DNA of 64,000 nt from Alphaproteobacteria bacterium (GTDB taxonomy: Bacteria; Pseudomonadota; Alphaproteobacteria; UBA828): NCBI GenBank assembly GCA_963422645.2, contig CAXXVO010000006.1, positions 1 through 64,000 on the forward strand, written 5' to 3'. Both the position numbers and the translations under genes were made by a program. Below the pieces are notes generated by a model. The model searched no databases and was not told the origin of the DNA. It saw only the letters and a program-made list of their open reading frames with translations. Below, piece after piece: positions 41,080 to 50,334 of this stretch; position 1 is the first letter of the stretch, and every line of letters begins with the position of its first letter.

Positions 41080-43134
41080 ATGAATGACATGTCGAGTGCG
41101 GCCGTTCGCGTCGCATGTGATGTCGGCGGCACGTTCACCGACGTGTGCGTCCTGGACGAAGCGACCGGCCAGATGCGCGTCGCCAAGACCCCAACAACGC
41201 CCGACCCCATCGACGGCGTGCTGGAGGGCATCAAGGCCGGCGGCGTCGACCTCAAGGACATGGTGCTCTTCGCTCATGGCACCACGCTCGCCACCAACGC
41301 GCTGATCACGCGCAACTTCCCGCCCGCGATCATGGTCACCACCAAGGGCTTCCGCGACGTGATCGAGATCCGCCGCGGCACCCGAGACGACCTCTGGGAC
41401 ACCTACAAGGAGATGGCGCCGCCCTACATCAAGCGCCGCGACCGTCTGGTCGTCACCGAGCGCATCGACTACAGCGGCACGGTCATCGAGCCGGTGAACG
41501 AGGCGGAGGCGCGGGAAGCCGCGCGCATCATCAACAAGCGCGGCGTGAAGACCATCGCGGTCTGCTTCGCCAACGCCTTCGCCAACCCCGAGAACGAGCG
41601 CCACATGCGCGACATCCTCGAGGAGGAGGTTCCCGGTGCGTCGATCTCGCTTTCCAGCGAGATCATGCCGGAGATCTTCGAGCACGAGCGCTTCTCGACG
41701 ACGGTGGCCAACGCGGTGCTCGCCCCCGTCGCGGGCGAATACGTGACGCGCCTCGCTACGCGGCTCCGCGAGGGCGGCTACGACGAGGACATTCTGCTGT
41801 TGCATTCCGGCGGCGGCGTGATGACCGAAAGCACGGCGTCGAAGTTCGCGGCCCGGCTCGCCGCCTCGGGCATCGCGGCGGGCGCGATCGCGAGCCGCTT
41901 CGTCGCCCAGCTTGCGGGCTACGAGAACTCGATCAGCCTCGACATGGGCGGCACCAGCACCGACGTCTCGCTCTGCGACCGGGGCAATCTGCGGGTCACC
42001 ACCGACTGGTACGTGCAGTACGGCTATCCGATCTGCTTCCCCAGCATCGAGGTGCTGACCATCGGCGCCGGCGGCGGCTCACTCGCCTGGATCGACGGAG
42101 CGAACTCGCTCCGCAACGGGCCGCAGTCGGCCGGCTCCATGCCGGGGCCCGCCTGCTACGGACGGGGCGGCGTGGAGCCCACCAATTCCGACGCCAACAT
42201 CGTCCTCGGCCGCATCAGCGACCGGCTTGCCGGCGGCGCCGTCACCCTCGACCGCGCGCTCGCCGAGGAGGCCATCAGGCGACGCGTGGCCGACCCGCTT
42301 GGGCTCACGGTGCAGGAGGCCGCGGTCTCCATCCTCCAGGTGGCGAACGCCAACATGGCGGACGCCGTGCGCCTGGTCTCGATCCGGCGCGGCTACGACC
42401 CGCGCGACTTCGCGCTCACCGTGTTCGGTGGCGCCGGGCCGCTCCATGGCGTGGCGCTGGCCCGCGACCTCTCGATCCCGACCGTGCTAGTGCCGCCGAA
42501 CCCCGGCGTCACCTCGGCGCTCGGCTGCCTGCTGGTGGATATCAAGCACGACATGTCGCAGATGTATCTGCGCTCCACCGATGACGCGAAGATCGAGGAA
42601 ATCGAGCAGACCTTCAGCGCGCTGGAGGACGAAGGCCGCCAGCGGCTTCTGCACGAAGGCGTCACCGAGGACCGGATGCAGTTCCAGCGCGTCGTCGACA
42701 TGCGCTATCTGGGCCAGTGGCGCTCCATGTCGATTGCGCTCGCCGCGGATGCGAACTCGCTCGACGCTGCGATCGCCCAGTTCCACGACGAGCACGGCCG
42801 CGAGCACAACTATTCCAGACCCGACGCGCCGGTCGAAATCTATCGCCTCACCGTCACCGCCACAGGGCTCTCGCAAAAGGCCGAATTCGCCAAGGAGGAG
42901 ATGGACCACTCGGCGCCGACGCCTGAGACCGAGCGGCTCGTGGTTTTCGACGAAGATCCTGAGCCGATCATGACCCCGATCTACAACCGCGACGGTCTGC
43001 ACGCAGGCGCAGTCGTCGAAGGGCCGGCGATCATCGAGCAGCTCGACTCCACGGTGCTGGTGCCGCCGGGTCTCAAGGCCGAGGTCGACCCCTGGCACAC
43101 CATTGTCATGCACATTCCGCAAGACGAGAGCTGA
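41080..43134 (+). CDS. Hydantoinase A/oxoprolinase family ATP-binding subunit
   Basis: DVGGTFTD, HGTTLATNA, DMGGTSTD, IGAGGGS, GPQSAGSMPGPACY, FGGAGPLH. Confidence 0.95.
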   Translation: MNDMSSAAVRVACDVGGTFTDVCVLDEATGQMRVAKTPTTPDPIDGVLEGIKAGGVDLKDMVLFAHGTTLATNALITRNFPPAIMVTTKGFRDVIEIRRGTRDDLWDTYKEMAPPYIKRRDRLVVTERIDYSGTVIEPVNEAEAREAARIINKRGVKTIAVCFANAFANPENERHMRDILEEEVPGASISLSSEIMPEIFEHERFSTTVANAVLAPVAGEYVTRLATRLREGGYDEDILLLHSGGGVMTESTASKFAARLAASGIAAGAIASRFVAQLAGYENSISLDMGGTSTDVSLCDRGNLRVTTDWYVQYGYPICFPSIEVLTIGAGGGSLAWIDGANSLRNGPQSAGSMPGPACYGRGGVEPTNSDANIVLGRISDRLAGGAVTLDRALAEEAIRRRVADPLGLTVQEAAVSILQVANANMADAVRLVSIRRGYDPRDFALTVFGGAGPLHGVALARDLSIPTVLVPPNPGVTSALGCLLVDIKHDMSQMYLRSTDDAKIEEIEQTFSALEDEGRQRLLHEGVTEDRMQFQRVVDMRYLGQWRSMSIALAADANSLDAAIAQFHDEHGREHNYSRPDAPVEIYRLTVTATGLSQKAEFAKEEMDHSAPTPETERLVVFDEDPEPIMTPIYNRDGLHAGAVVEGPAIIEQLDSTVLVPPGLKAEVDPWHTIVMHIPQDES

Positions 43135-43156
43135 CGCAGAGAGCGAGGAGAAGAAG

Positions 43157-45172
43157 ATGAGCAAGAACAGAGAAGGCTACACGCTCGACCCCGTGACCTT
43201 CGAGGTGCTCAAGAACGCCTACGTCAACATCGTCGACCAGATGGCGGAGCAGATCTTCCGCACCTGCTACTCCTTCGTGATCTGGTCGCGGGACTTCTCG
43301 TCCGCGATCTGCGATACCGAAGGCAACACCGTCATGCAGGGCTCGGGCGATATCGCCGCCCACGTGGGCACGCTGCACTACACGGCACAGGCCGTGATCA
43401 ACAAGTTCGGCGACGACATCCACCCCGGCGATACCTTCGTCGTGAATGATGTCTACCAGGGCGGCACCCACTTCAACGACACGCGCATCGTCCGCCCCAT
43501 CTTCTACAAGGGCATCCACCTCGGCTTCTCCCAGGCCAACGGACACTGGGCTGATGTCGGCGGCGCGGTGCCGGGCTCGTTCAACGTGAGCGCGCTCGAC
43601 CACATGGCCGAGGGGCTCCGCATCACGCCGGTCCGGGTCTACAGCAAGGGCCAGTACCTCTCCGACGTGGCCGAACTGATCGCCAACAACACCCGCGCAC
43701 CCGCCGACATCATCGGCGACCTGCAGGCCCAGGCCGAGGCCTGCAACGTCGCCGAGCGTGAGGTCTGCCGGCTCTGCGACAAGTACGGCGTCGACGTGAT
43801 CCAGACCTCCTTCGCCGAGGTGCAGGACTACGTCGAGACGCTGACCCGCCAGCGCATCGCCAAGCTGCCCGACGGCGTGTGGGAGACCGAGGACTACATC
43901 GACGTGGACCCGGTCGCCGGCGAGGGGCTGATCCCGATCCGCATCAAGATGACCATCGACGGCGACAGCGTGCACTACGATCTCTCCCGCTCGCATCCGA
44001 CGACGATCTCGACCTTCCTCAACTGCTGCTACGGCGGCGCGTTTGCGGCGATCGTCGCCGGCACCAAGATGCAATCGCCCGATATCCCGTTGAACTCGGG
44101 CTTCTACCGGGTGGTCACCGTCGATCTCGGGCCGTTAGGAACTGTGGTCAACGCGGACTGGCCCACGCCGGTCGCGGGCTTCTGCTCGGGCCCGTTCGAG
44201 AAGATCATGAACTCGGTGTTCGAGCTCTGGGCGGAAATCTTGCCCGAGCGCGCCATGGCCTGCACCTTCAACCTCGAGTACCTGCTGATCGGCGGGCGCG
44301 ATGGCCGCAAGGAGGATCGCCCCTACTTCATGTGGTACGACTGGATGGTGGGCGGCTGGGGCGCGCGCAACGGCCGCGACGGCTGGGGGGCGACCGGGCC
44401 GGTCTTCGGAGTCCAGCTCGGCACGCAGCCCTTCGAGGGGCAGGAGCGGCTCGCCCCGGTGCTGACCACCGGCCACGAGCTCATCGTCGATTCCGGCGGA
44501 CCCGGCAACTCGCGGGGCGGCCTCGGCGTCGAGAAGGGCGCGATCCTGACCAAGGCGGAGCGCTCGGTCGTCTCCTACTGCTGCGACCGCGAGCGCTCGG
44601 TGACCTGGGGCCTCTGGGGCGGGCTGCCGTCGATCCCGCACGGCGTCTGGGTCAATCCCGGCACCCAGGGCGAGCGCTACCTGGGCTCGATCTTCTCGGG
44701 TGTGCCGCTAGAAGCCGGCGACACCGTGACGCGGCCGTCCGCCGGTGGCGGCGGTCTCGGCGATCCCCTTACTCGCGACCTCGAAACGGTGTGCGAGGAC
44801 GTGGCCGACGGCTACGTCTCCATCGAGCGGGCCAAGAAGGACTATGGCGTCGTGATCTGTGAAATCGATGCCGATCTCGCGGAATACGAGGTCGACGAAG
44901 CGGCGACCGAGGCCGTGCGCGAGCGTATCCGTGCGCAGCGCCACGGTTTGCTCGACGTGGATGCCGAAGACATCGCGGCCAAGTACCGCAGCAAGGAACT
45001 CGACGCACTCGACCTGGTCCGCCAGTACGGCGTGATCGTGGACTGGGGCACCGGCGAGCTCCTGCCCAACACCACCCGCCAGTTCCGCGACATGTTGAGG
45101 CGCCGGACTGCGGCCCATTGGGAGGTGCCGGGCCAGGCGCGCAACGAGCAGCCGACGCTCCGCGTCGCCTAG
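43157..45172 (+). CDS. Hydantoinase B/oxoprolinase family subunit
   Basis: DPVTFEV, RDFS, NDVYQGGTHFND, HWADVGG, DSGGPG..RGG, GGGGLGDP. Confidence 0.95.
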   Translation: MSKNREGYTLDPVTFEVLKNAYVNIVDQMAEQIFRTCYSFVIWSRDFSSAICDTEGNTVMQGSGDIAAHVGTLHYTAQAVINKFGDDIHPGDTFVVNDVYQGGTHFNDTRIVRPIFYKGIHLGFSQANGHWADVGGAVPGSFNVSALDHMAEGLRITPVRVYSKGQYLSDVAELIANNTRAPADIIGDLQAQAEACNVAEREVCRLCDKYGVDVIQTSFAEVQDYVETLTRQRIAKLPDGVWETEDYIDVDPVAGEGLIPIRIKMTIDGDSVHYDLSRSHPTTISTFLNCCYGGAFAAIVAGTKMQSPDIPLNSGFYRVVTVDLGPLGTVVNADWPTPVAGFCSGPFEKIMNSVFELWAEILPERAMACTFNLEYLLIGGRDGRKEDRPYFMWYDWMVGGWGARNGRDGWGATGPVFGVQLGTQPFEGQERLAPVLTTGHELIVDSGGPGNSRGGLGVEKGAILTKAERSVVSYCCDRERSVTWGLWGGLPSIPHGVWVNPGTQGERYLGSIFSGVPLEAGDTVTRPSAGGGGLGDPLTRDLETVCEDVADGYVSIERAKKDYGVVICEIDADLAEYEVDEAATEAVRERIRAQRHGLLDVDAEDIAAKYRSKELDALDLVRQYGVIVDWGTGELLPNTTRQFRDMLRRRTAAHWEVPGQARNEQPTLRVA

Positions 45173-45189
45173 ATACCGCCCGTCGTCCC

Positions 45190-45879
45190 GTGAGCGTCGT
45201 CCTGGTCACGGGCGCCGATCGCGGCATCGGCAACGCGCTCTGCTGCGCCTGTCACGCGCGCGGCGACGACGTAATCGCGGCCTGCCTGGGTGACTCAGAC
45301 GAGCTGCGGGCTCTGGGGATCCGGGTGGAGCCCGGCGTAGACGTGACCTCCGACGAGGCGGTGCGGGGCTTCGCCGGCAGGCTCGCGGCCACCGGCACGG
45401 TCCTCGATCTCTTGATCAACAATGCCGGGATTGCGGAGCGGGACTCGCTCGGCGCGCTCGACTACGACGCCATCCGGCGGCAGCTCGAGGTCAACACGCT
45501 GGGGCCTCTTCGCGTGACCGAGGCGTTGCTGGGCCGCCTCACGCCGGGGTCAAAGGTCGCCTTCATCACCAGCCGGATCGGCTCGCTCGGCGACAACCAA
45601 TCGGGCGGGCTCTACGGCTACCGCATCTCCAAGTGCGCCGCCAACATGGTGGCGGTCAACCTCGCCCACGATCTAGCGAAGCGGGGCATCGCCGCCGTGG
45701 TCCTGCACCCCGGCATGGTGGCGACCGCCATGACCTTCGACGACGAGCGCCATGAGGCCCGTCCTCCCGAGGATGCCGCCGCCGCCCTGATCGAGCGGAT
45801 CGATCAGGTGGAGCGGGTGGAGCCCGGCACACCGCCCGCCTTCTGGCACGCGCCCGAGCGCACCATCATCCCGTGGTGA
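45190..45879 (+). CDS. Short-chain dehydrogenase (CsgA-like)
   Basis: TGADRGIG, NNAG, YRISK, HPG. Confidence 0.9.
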   Translation: MSVVLVTGADRGIGNALCCACHARGDDVIAACLGDSDELRALGIRVEPGVDVTSDEAVRGFAGRLAATGTVLDLLINNAGIAERDSLGALDYDAIRRQLEVNTLGPLRVTEALLGRLTPGSKVAFITSRIGSLGDNQSGGLYGYRISKCAANMVAVNLAHDLAKRGIAAVVLHPGMVATAMTFDDERHEARPPEDAAAALIERIDQVERVEPGTPPAFWHAPERTIIPW

Positions 45880-45921
45880 GGACGCCGAACGGAGTGCGCG
45901 CCGCAGTATCGGGGACGAGCC

Positions 45922-46030
45922 CCCACCTCATCCCGGCCCTCTCCGACCCCGAGGGCGGAGAGGGAGAGCAGGCTGGTCGAATTGCGTTCCCCCTCCGCCC
46001 TTCGGGGGGAGGGGGACAGGGGGAGGTGGG
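45922..46030. repeat. REP-like palindromic element between convergent genes
   Basis: CCCACCTCATCCCGGCCCTCTCCG...GGGGGACAGGGGGAGGTGGG with nested hairpins. Confidence 0.7.
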
Positions 46031-46069
46031 ATTCGGAGTGTGCGTGCCCCACTCTTCGGCGCGCGCTAC

Positions 46070-47059
46070 TCAGACATCCAGGCCGAGGCTCCGATGGAAG
46101 GCCTCGACGGCGGCGAGGGCAGCGTCGGCCGCGTCGTCCTGCTCCGGCAGGGCGCCGCAGTAGGCGGAGACTGCCTCGCGCGCGATCGGCATCCACTTCT
46201 CGATCCAGCCGCTGAGAACGGAAGCGTTCGCTTCGTTTTCCAGCGAGAACGCGACGAGGGCCGCGCTCCAGCGCCGCGAGCGCTCGCTGTCCCGCATCTG
46301 GTTGTCGGCCAGCAGCCCGAGCAGCCCGTCGTCGAAGCGGCGCCCGATGCGGCCGAGCTGCCGGTGCGCTTCGTCCGCAGCCGGCTTCGCCACCAGATTG
46401 AGCGCCACGAAGTGCTCGCCCCAGTCGTAGGTGGCGAGGGTCTTCTCCAGCAGCGCGCGAAAGCCCTGCCAGGCGGGCTCCTCCTCCCAGGTCCGGCGCT
46501 CGGTCGTCCCGAACCCGCGCGAAGGATGCGCCCGCTGAAGCTCGCGCGCGCGGTAGGCGCAGCGCGAGAGCCAGCGGAACTCGTCGCCGTCCTGAAAGCC
46601 GGCGCAGGCCGTGATCGTGCTCGCCGGCGCGATCTGCACCAGATAGGCCGCGCCCATCTGCAGCGCCATCTGCAGGAAGCGCCGGGGCGTGTAGAGCCGC
46701 TCCAGCACGTCGAGCCACGCGTCTGACAGCGTCGCGTCGTGGCCGATGTCGTTGTGCTCGTCGAGCAGGCCGTCGACGTACTGCTCCTGCTGGTCCTGAA
46801 TCCGCGTATAGACTCGGTAGATCATCTCATCCGGATCGCGGAAGCCTTCCCAGTCCGGATGCTGCAGCGGGCTCTCCGAGACGTTGCGCTTGTAGAACTC
46901 GTTCATCCCCAACAGCGGCGCCGGCGAAAGCTCGTAGGCCTGGTCCGGGTGCCGCGTGCGGGTCTGCAGGTTGGTGGTGACGACTTCGTACTCGCTCGGC
47001 CGCCGCCTCTTCTTGGCGAGGCCGCTCCACGTCTTCATGCCTTTGACTTCGACCGTCAC
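46070..47059 (-). CDS. Soluble diiron monooxygenase beta subunit (TmoE-like)
   Basis: KTWSGL..RRRPSEYEVV, WEGFRDPD, APASTI, YDWGEHFVALNLV. Confidence 0.93.
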   Translation of the reverse strand: MTVEVKGMKTWSGLAKKRRRPSEYEVVTTNLQTRTRHPDQAYELSPAPLLGMNEFYKRNVSESPLQHPDWEGFRDPDEMIYRVYTRIQDQQEQYVDGLLDEHNDIGHDATLSDAWLDVLERLYTPRRFLQMALQMGAAYLVQIAPASTITACAGFQDGDEFRWLSRCAYRARELQRAHPSRGFGTTERRTWEEEPAWQGFRALLEKTLATYDWGEHFVALNLVAKPAADEAHRQLGRIGRRFDDGLLGLLADNQMRDSERSRRWSAALVAFSLENEANASVLSGWIEKWMPIAREAVSAYCGALPEQDDAADAALAAVEAFHRSLGLDV

Positions 47060-47070
47060 GGTACTGCCCC

Positions 47071-47364
47071 CTAGCGTGCGACGAACCGGATGCCGTCCGG
47101 CTCGGTGCGAATGAACCCTGCGAAGCTCGGCATGTTCGACTCGATGTCGCCGAGGGTGACGGTGCGGCCGAGCACGTCGCCCACCGTCTCGAAGCGCACG
47201 AAGCACTCGTCCGCGACCTTGATCCTGATGTAGGACGCGTGGGTCTCGGTGATGACCTCGCATCCCTCGTTGTCCTCCTGGATCGCTTCGACCACCGCGT
47301 CCGCGATATCGCCCGCGCGCATCACGGGACCCACGAGATTGCCGGCGTCGTCTGCCGTCGTCAT
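47071..47364 (-). CDS. SDIMO effector/coupling protein (TmoD/MmoB-like)
   Basis: NLVGPVMRAG, EDN, LGR, SFAG motifs; GAAGGAG RBS. Confidence 0.92.
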   Translation of the reverse strand: MTTADDAGNLVGPVMRAGDIADAVVEAIQEDNEGCEVITETHASYIRIKVADECFVRFETVGDVLGRTVTLGDIESNMPSFAGFIRTEPDGIRFVAR

Positions 47365-47390
47365 GCTCGACTTCTCCTTCGGAAACGCGT

Positions 47391-47651
47391 TCAGCCGGCG
47401 CGGTAGATTTCCACGGACTCCATCTCGACGAAGCCGGCATCGGCGATGGTGAGATGGTCGGGTAGCGGGTCTTCGCTGCCCTGCACCCTCACCTTGAGAA
47501 CTGCATCGGGCGGGAAGGGCGCCACCAGGACGCCCGCGACCTGGTCCGCGACCTTCCCGGCCAGCACCGCCATGGTGTCGCCGGTGTCGAAGACCTGCAC
47601 CTTGTAGCCGTAGTCGCCTTCGAGCAGGACGGCGAGCGGGATATCGGCCAT
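47391..47651 (-). CDS. SDIMO gamma subunit (TmoB-like)
   Basis: 86 aa, P...EGD...VDT-DTM-like pattern; directly follows the alpha subunit. Confidence 0.85.
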   Translation of the reverse strand: MADIPLAVLLEGDYGYKVQVFDTGDTMAVLAGKVADQVAGVLVAPFPPDAVLKVRVQGSEDPLPDHLTIADAGFVEMESVEIYRAG

Positions 47652-47660
47652 TGCGCCCCC

Positions 47661-49181
47661 CTACTCGGCCGCCGCCGCGCGCGGCACGTCGTAGCCGTCG
47701 ATCCACTGATAGTCGTAGCCGCAGACGCCGCGCTCCTCGAAGCTCTGGCCCATGTACTCGTAGAACCCATCGGGGCCCGGCGGCACGGTGCCGTCCAGCA
47801 ACCGGTCGATGATGCTGCGATGCCCCTGGTAGCGGGCGGGCTCCAGCTCGAAGACCCACTTGCAGGGCTCGCAGCAGAAGTGATAGCGCCGGCCTTCGTG
47901 GTCGAGGTGGAAGTCCGTGGCGTTCCATGTGCGCCCGTTCACCTGCCGGCCGACGCCCGCGATCCCGGTCACCTCCAGTCCGCACATGTTGCAGATCAGC
48001 GGCGGAACCACCGGCACCGTCTTCTCGAAGCGGCCCTCGCGGATATTGTCGATCACCATGTCCCAGCACTTGCCGTAGGTGTCGTTCCAGCCCGGATACT
48101 TCTCCTCCAGCCAGTCGCGTTCGGCCGGCGAGACGCAGGCGATGGGCCGCCACCACTGGGTCGCGCGGTAGACGTAGATACCGATCTGCTGACAATGGTG
48201 GAAGGTCTCGATATCGTGCAGGAAGTAGTCCCAGTACCAGGGCAGGTCGAGGCCCAAGGCCTTGATGTTGCGGCCGAACTGATCGACCACCCATTCGTGC
48301 ATGAACTCCTTGAGCGAATGCTCGCGAAACTCCAGCGGCGTGTAGTAGTCCATGGAGATGCCGCTCAGCGCGGAGAACTGCTTCCATATGCGCCAGAAGC
48401 CGATGTCGATCAGCTGCTGCGCCTCCGCCTTGCGCCCGTTCTCGATCATGATGCTGATGAGCGGCGTGCCGATCTGTGCGTGCCGCGCCTCGTCGGTCTG
48501 GATGCTTTGCAGCATGGTGGCGAAGGTGTGATCGCCGGCCTTCGCCGCGTCCGCAGAGAGGCCGATGAATTGCAGATTGGTAAAGCCCTGCTCAAAGGCG
48601 AAGTTGGTCATAATCGCGGCGCTGATCGCATCGCGGGTGTGCTCGACGTCGTCCAGCGCGTGGCGCAGGCTGATGATGATCCAGTTCTCGGTCTTGGACG
48701 ACTTATGCGCCCAGTCGAAGACGCGGTCCTGCTTGATGAACTCGTAGGCGAAATACATCTGGATCTGGCCGTGACGCATTTCGTCCAGGGTGCCGAAGGT
48801 CGCCATGTTGCGCATCCCCGGCGCGCGTGAGAACCGGGTCATGCGGGCGAAGGCCGACGCCGAGTGGAACTCGGCGAAGCCGATCGGGCTGAAGTGCAGC
48901 GCGAGCAGGGCCTTCCAGTGCGGCGTGGTGTTCTTGAAGTAGTCCGCCCGTGCCAGCGCCGACTTCACCGAATAGGCGCCGATGTCCTTATCGCGCTGGG
49001 TCTCGACATAGTCCCGGTAGCAGACCTTGTAGGGCTCGTCGAAGGTCTCCCACTGCTCGACCGGAATCCCGAAGGGATCGCTGAGTTCGGGCGGGAAAAT
49101 CTCCTCCTCGGCGACGTAGCCGGGAGTCCAGTTGGTATCCCGCGTGAGGTCGTACCATTCGTGCATCTCGAGCAGCGCCAT
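47661..49181 (-). CDS. SDIMO alpha subunit (TmoA-like) with C-terminal YHS domain
   Basis: WYDLTRDTNWTP, RNMATFGTLDEMRH and SIQTDEARHAQIG (two DExRH motifs), WLEEKYPGWN, YHFCCEPCKWVF. Confidence 0.95.
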   Translation of the reverse strand: MALLEMHEWYDLTRDTNWTPGYVAEEEIFPPELSDPFGIPVEQWETFDEPYKVCYRDYVETQRDKDIGAYSVKSALARADYFKNTTPHWKALLALHFSPIGFAEFHSASAFARMTRFSRAPGMRNMATFGTLDEMRHGQIQMYFAYEFIKQDRVFDWAHKSSKTENWIIISLRHALDDVEHTRDAISAAIMTNFAFEQGFTNLQFIGLSADAAKAGDHTFATMLQSIQTDEARHAQIGTPLISIMIENGRKAEAQQLIDIGFWRIWKQFSALSGISMDYYTPLEFREHSLKEFMHEWVVDQFGRNIKALGLDLPWYWDYFLHDIETFHHCQQIGIYVYRATQWWRPIACVSPAERDWLEEKYPGWNDTYGKCWDMVIDNIREGRFEKTVPVVPPLICNMCGLEVTGIAGVGRQVNGRTWNATDFHLDHEGRRYHFCCEPCKWVFELEPARYQGHRSIIDRLLDGTVPPGPDGFYEYMGQSFEERGVCGYDYQWIDGYDVPRAAAAE

Positions 49182-49250
49182 TCGATCGTCTCCCTGGTCG
49201 GTACCGGGCGATGCGGGCAGCGCCCCGGTGGCGCCGCCCGCACTCCAACC

Positions 49251-50291
49251 TTACCCGCCGAGCGCGTCCTTGAGGATCGAGCAGTCGATCCCCTCTGCCG
49301 ACTCAACCGTCTGGGTCATCAGGCCGAAGGTCAACCACCACTTGTTGGTGAGCTCCCAGTGGTCGGTGAGCTGGCCATTGCGCTGGCCGAAGGGCGGCTC
49401 GCCCTCGGCAACGCCGCAGAACTGCGCCGATTCCTCCAGACTGTACATATAAAGCGTGCCGTCGTCGGGGTTGTTCACACCGCCGAGGATGGGCTCCACG
49501 TCGGGCACGCCCCACTGTAGCACCTCGGCGATCATCGCGTTGCCCTCCGTCGGATTCTCGCGCCACCACTCGACCGCGTCGTAGCGGGCCTTGGTCACCG
49601 CCACCAGCAGGTCGCGATGCTCCGCGATGAACGCATCGGAGACGAATATGGCGTCGGCGATCAGGCCCTCCTTGAGCCAGTATTCCTCGCCGGAATGGCT
49701 CATCTGGCGCGAGCCGGCGAGCTCGGCCAACACCTGCGGGCCGTAGGGGTCCCACAGCTCGGCGGCGGAGAGCTGGCCCGAAATCATCGCGGCGGCCGCG
49801 GCATCCGGGAAGAGGTTCACCATCTCCACCTCGTCCCACTTGATGCCCTGCTGCTCGAGCCAGATCGCCATGTAAATCTGCGACAGCCCGCCTTCGATGA
49901 CGCCGACCTTCTTGCCCTTGAGGTCCTCGGGCGAGGCGATCTCCGGACCCACGATGATGCGGTCCGAGCCGTTGCCGAGATTTGTGAGGCCGAGCAGCTT
50001 CACCGGCATGTCTTCGGCGAGCGCAATGGGGCCGAACTCGATGGTGCTGGTCACGATGTCGATCTGGCCGCTCGCGAGGAGGCCCATGCTCTGCACCGGA
50101 TCCTCGATGATCGATATCTCGAGGTCGACATTCTCCGGCAGCATGCCTTTCGCCTGGGCGATGTGGAGGAAGCCGTACCCCGGCCAGCTGAAGTGCGCGA
50201 CCCTGACGGTGTCCTTTGCGCTCGCGGCACCGGCGATGCCGAGCGCGAGCGCGCAGGCAGCCAGTGTCATGATGGATGTTCGCAACAGCAT
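49251..50291 (-). CDS. ABC substrate-binding protein (NitT/TauT/SsuA type)
   Basis: Signal peptide, SWPGY, DLKGKKVG, WDPY. Confidence 0.9.
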   Translation of the reverse strand: MLLRTSIMTLAACALALGIAGAASAKDTVRVAHFSWPGYGFLHIAQAKGMLPENVDLEISIIEDPVQSMGLLASGQIDIVTSTIEFGPIALAEDMPVKLLGLTNLGNGSDRIIVGPEIASPEDLKGKKVGVIEGGLSQIYMAIWLEQQGIKWDEVEMVNLFPDAAAAAMISGQLSAAELWDPYGPQVLAELAGSRQMSHSGEEYWLKEGLIADAIFVSDAFIAEHRDLLVAVTKARYDAVEWWRENPTEGNAMIAEVLQWGVPDVEPILGGVNNPDDGTLYMYSLEESAQFCGVAEGEPPFGQRNGQLTDHWELTNKWWLTFGLMTQTVESAEGIDCSILKDALGG

Positions 50292-50334
50292 GTTGGTTTC
50301 TCCCTTTCCGTGTGTTTGACCGTGGAGGCGGGCC

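Noticed and set aside
47071-48387. 438-aa ORF suggesting a long fused effector protein, and the extended 46070..47440 beta ORF
   Set aside because: The upstream parts overlap other subunits in different frames; RBS-supported starts are at 47364 and 47059.
46070-49181. Soluble methane or propane monooxygenase
   Set aside because: Sequence motifs, the YHS tail, the small TmoB-like subunit and the gene order are of the toluene-4-monooxygenase type.
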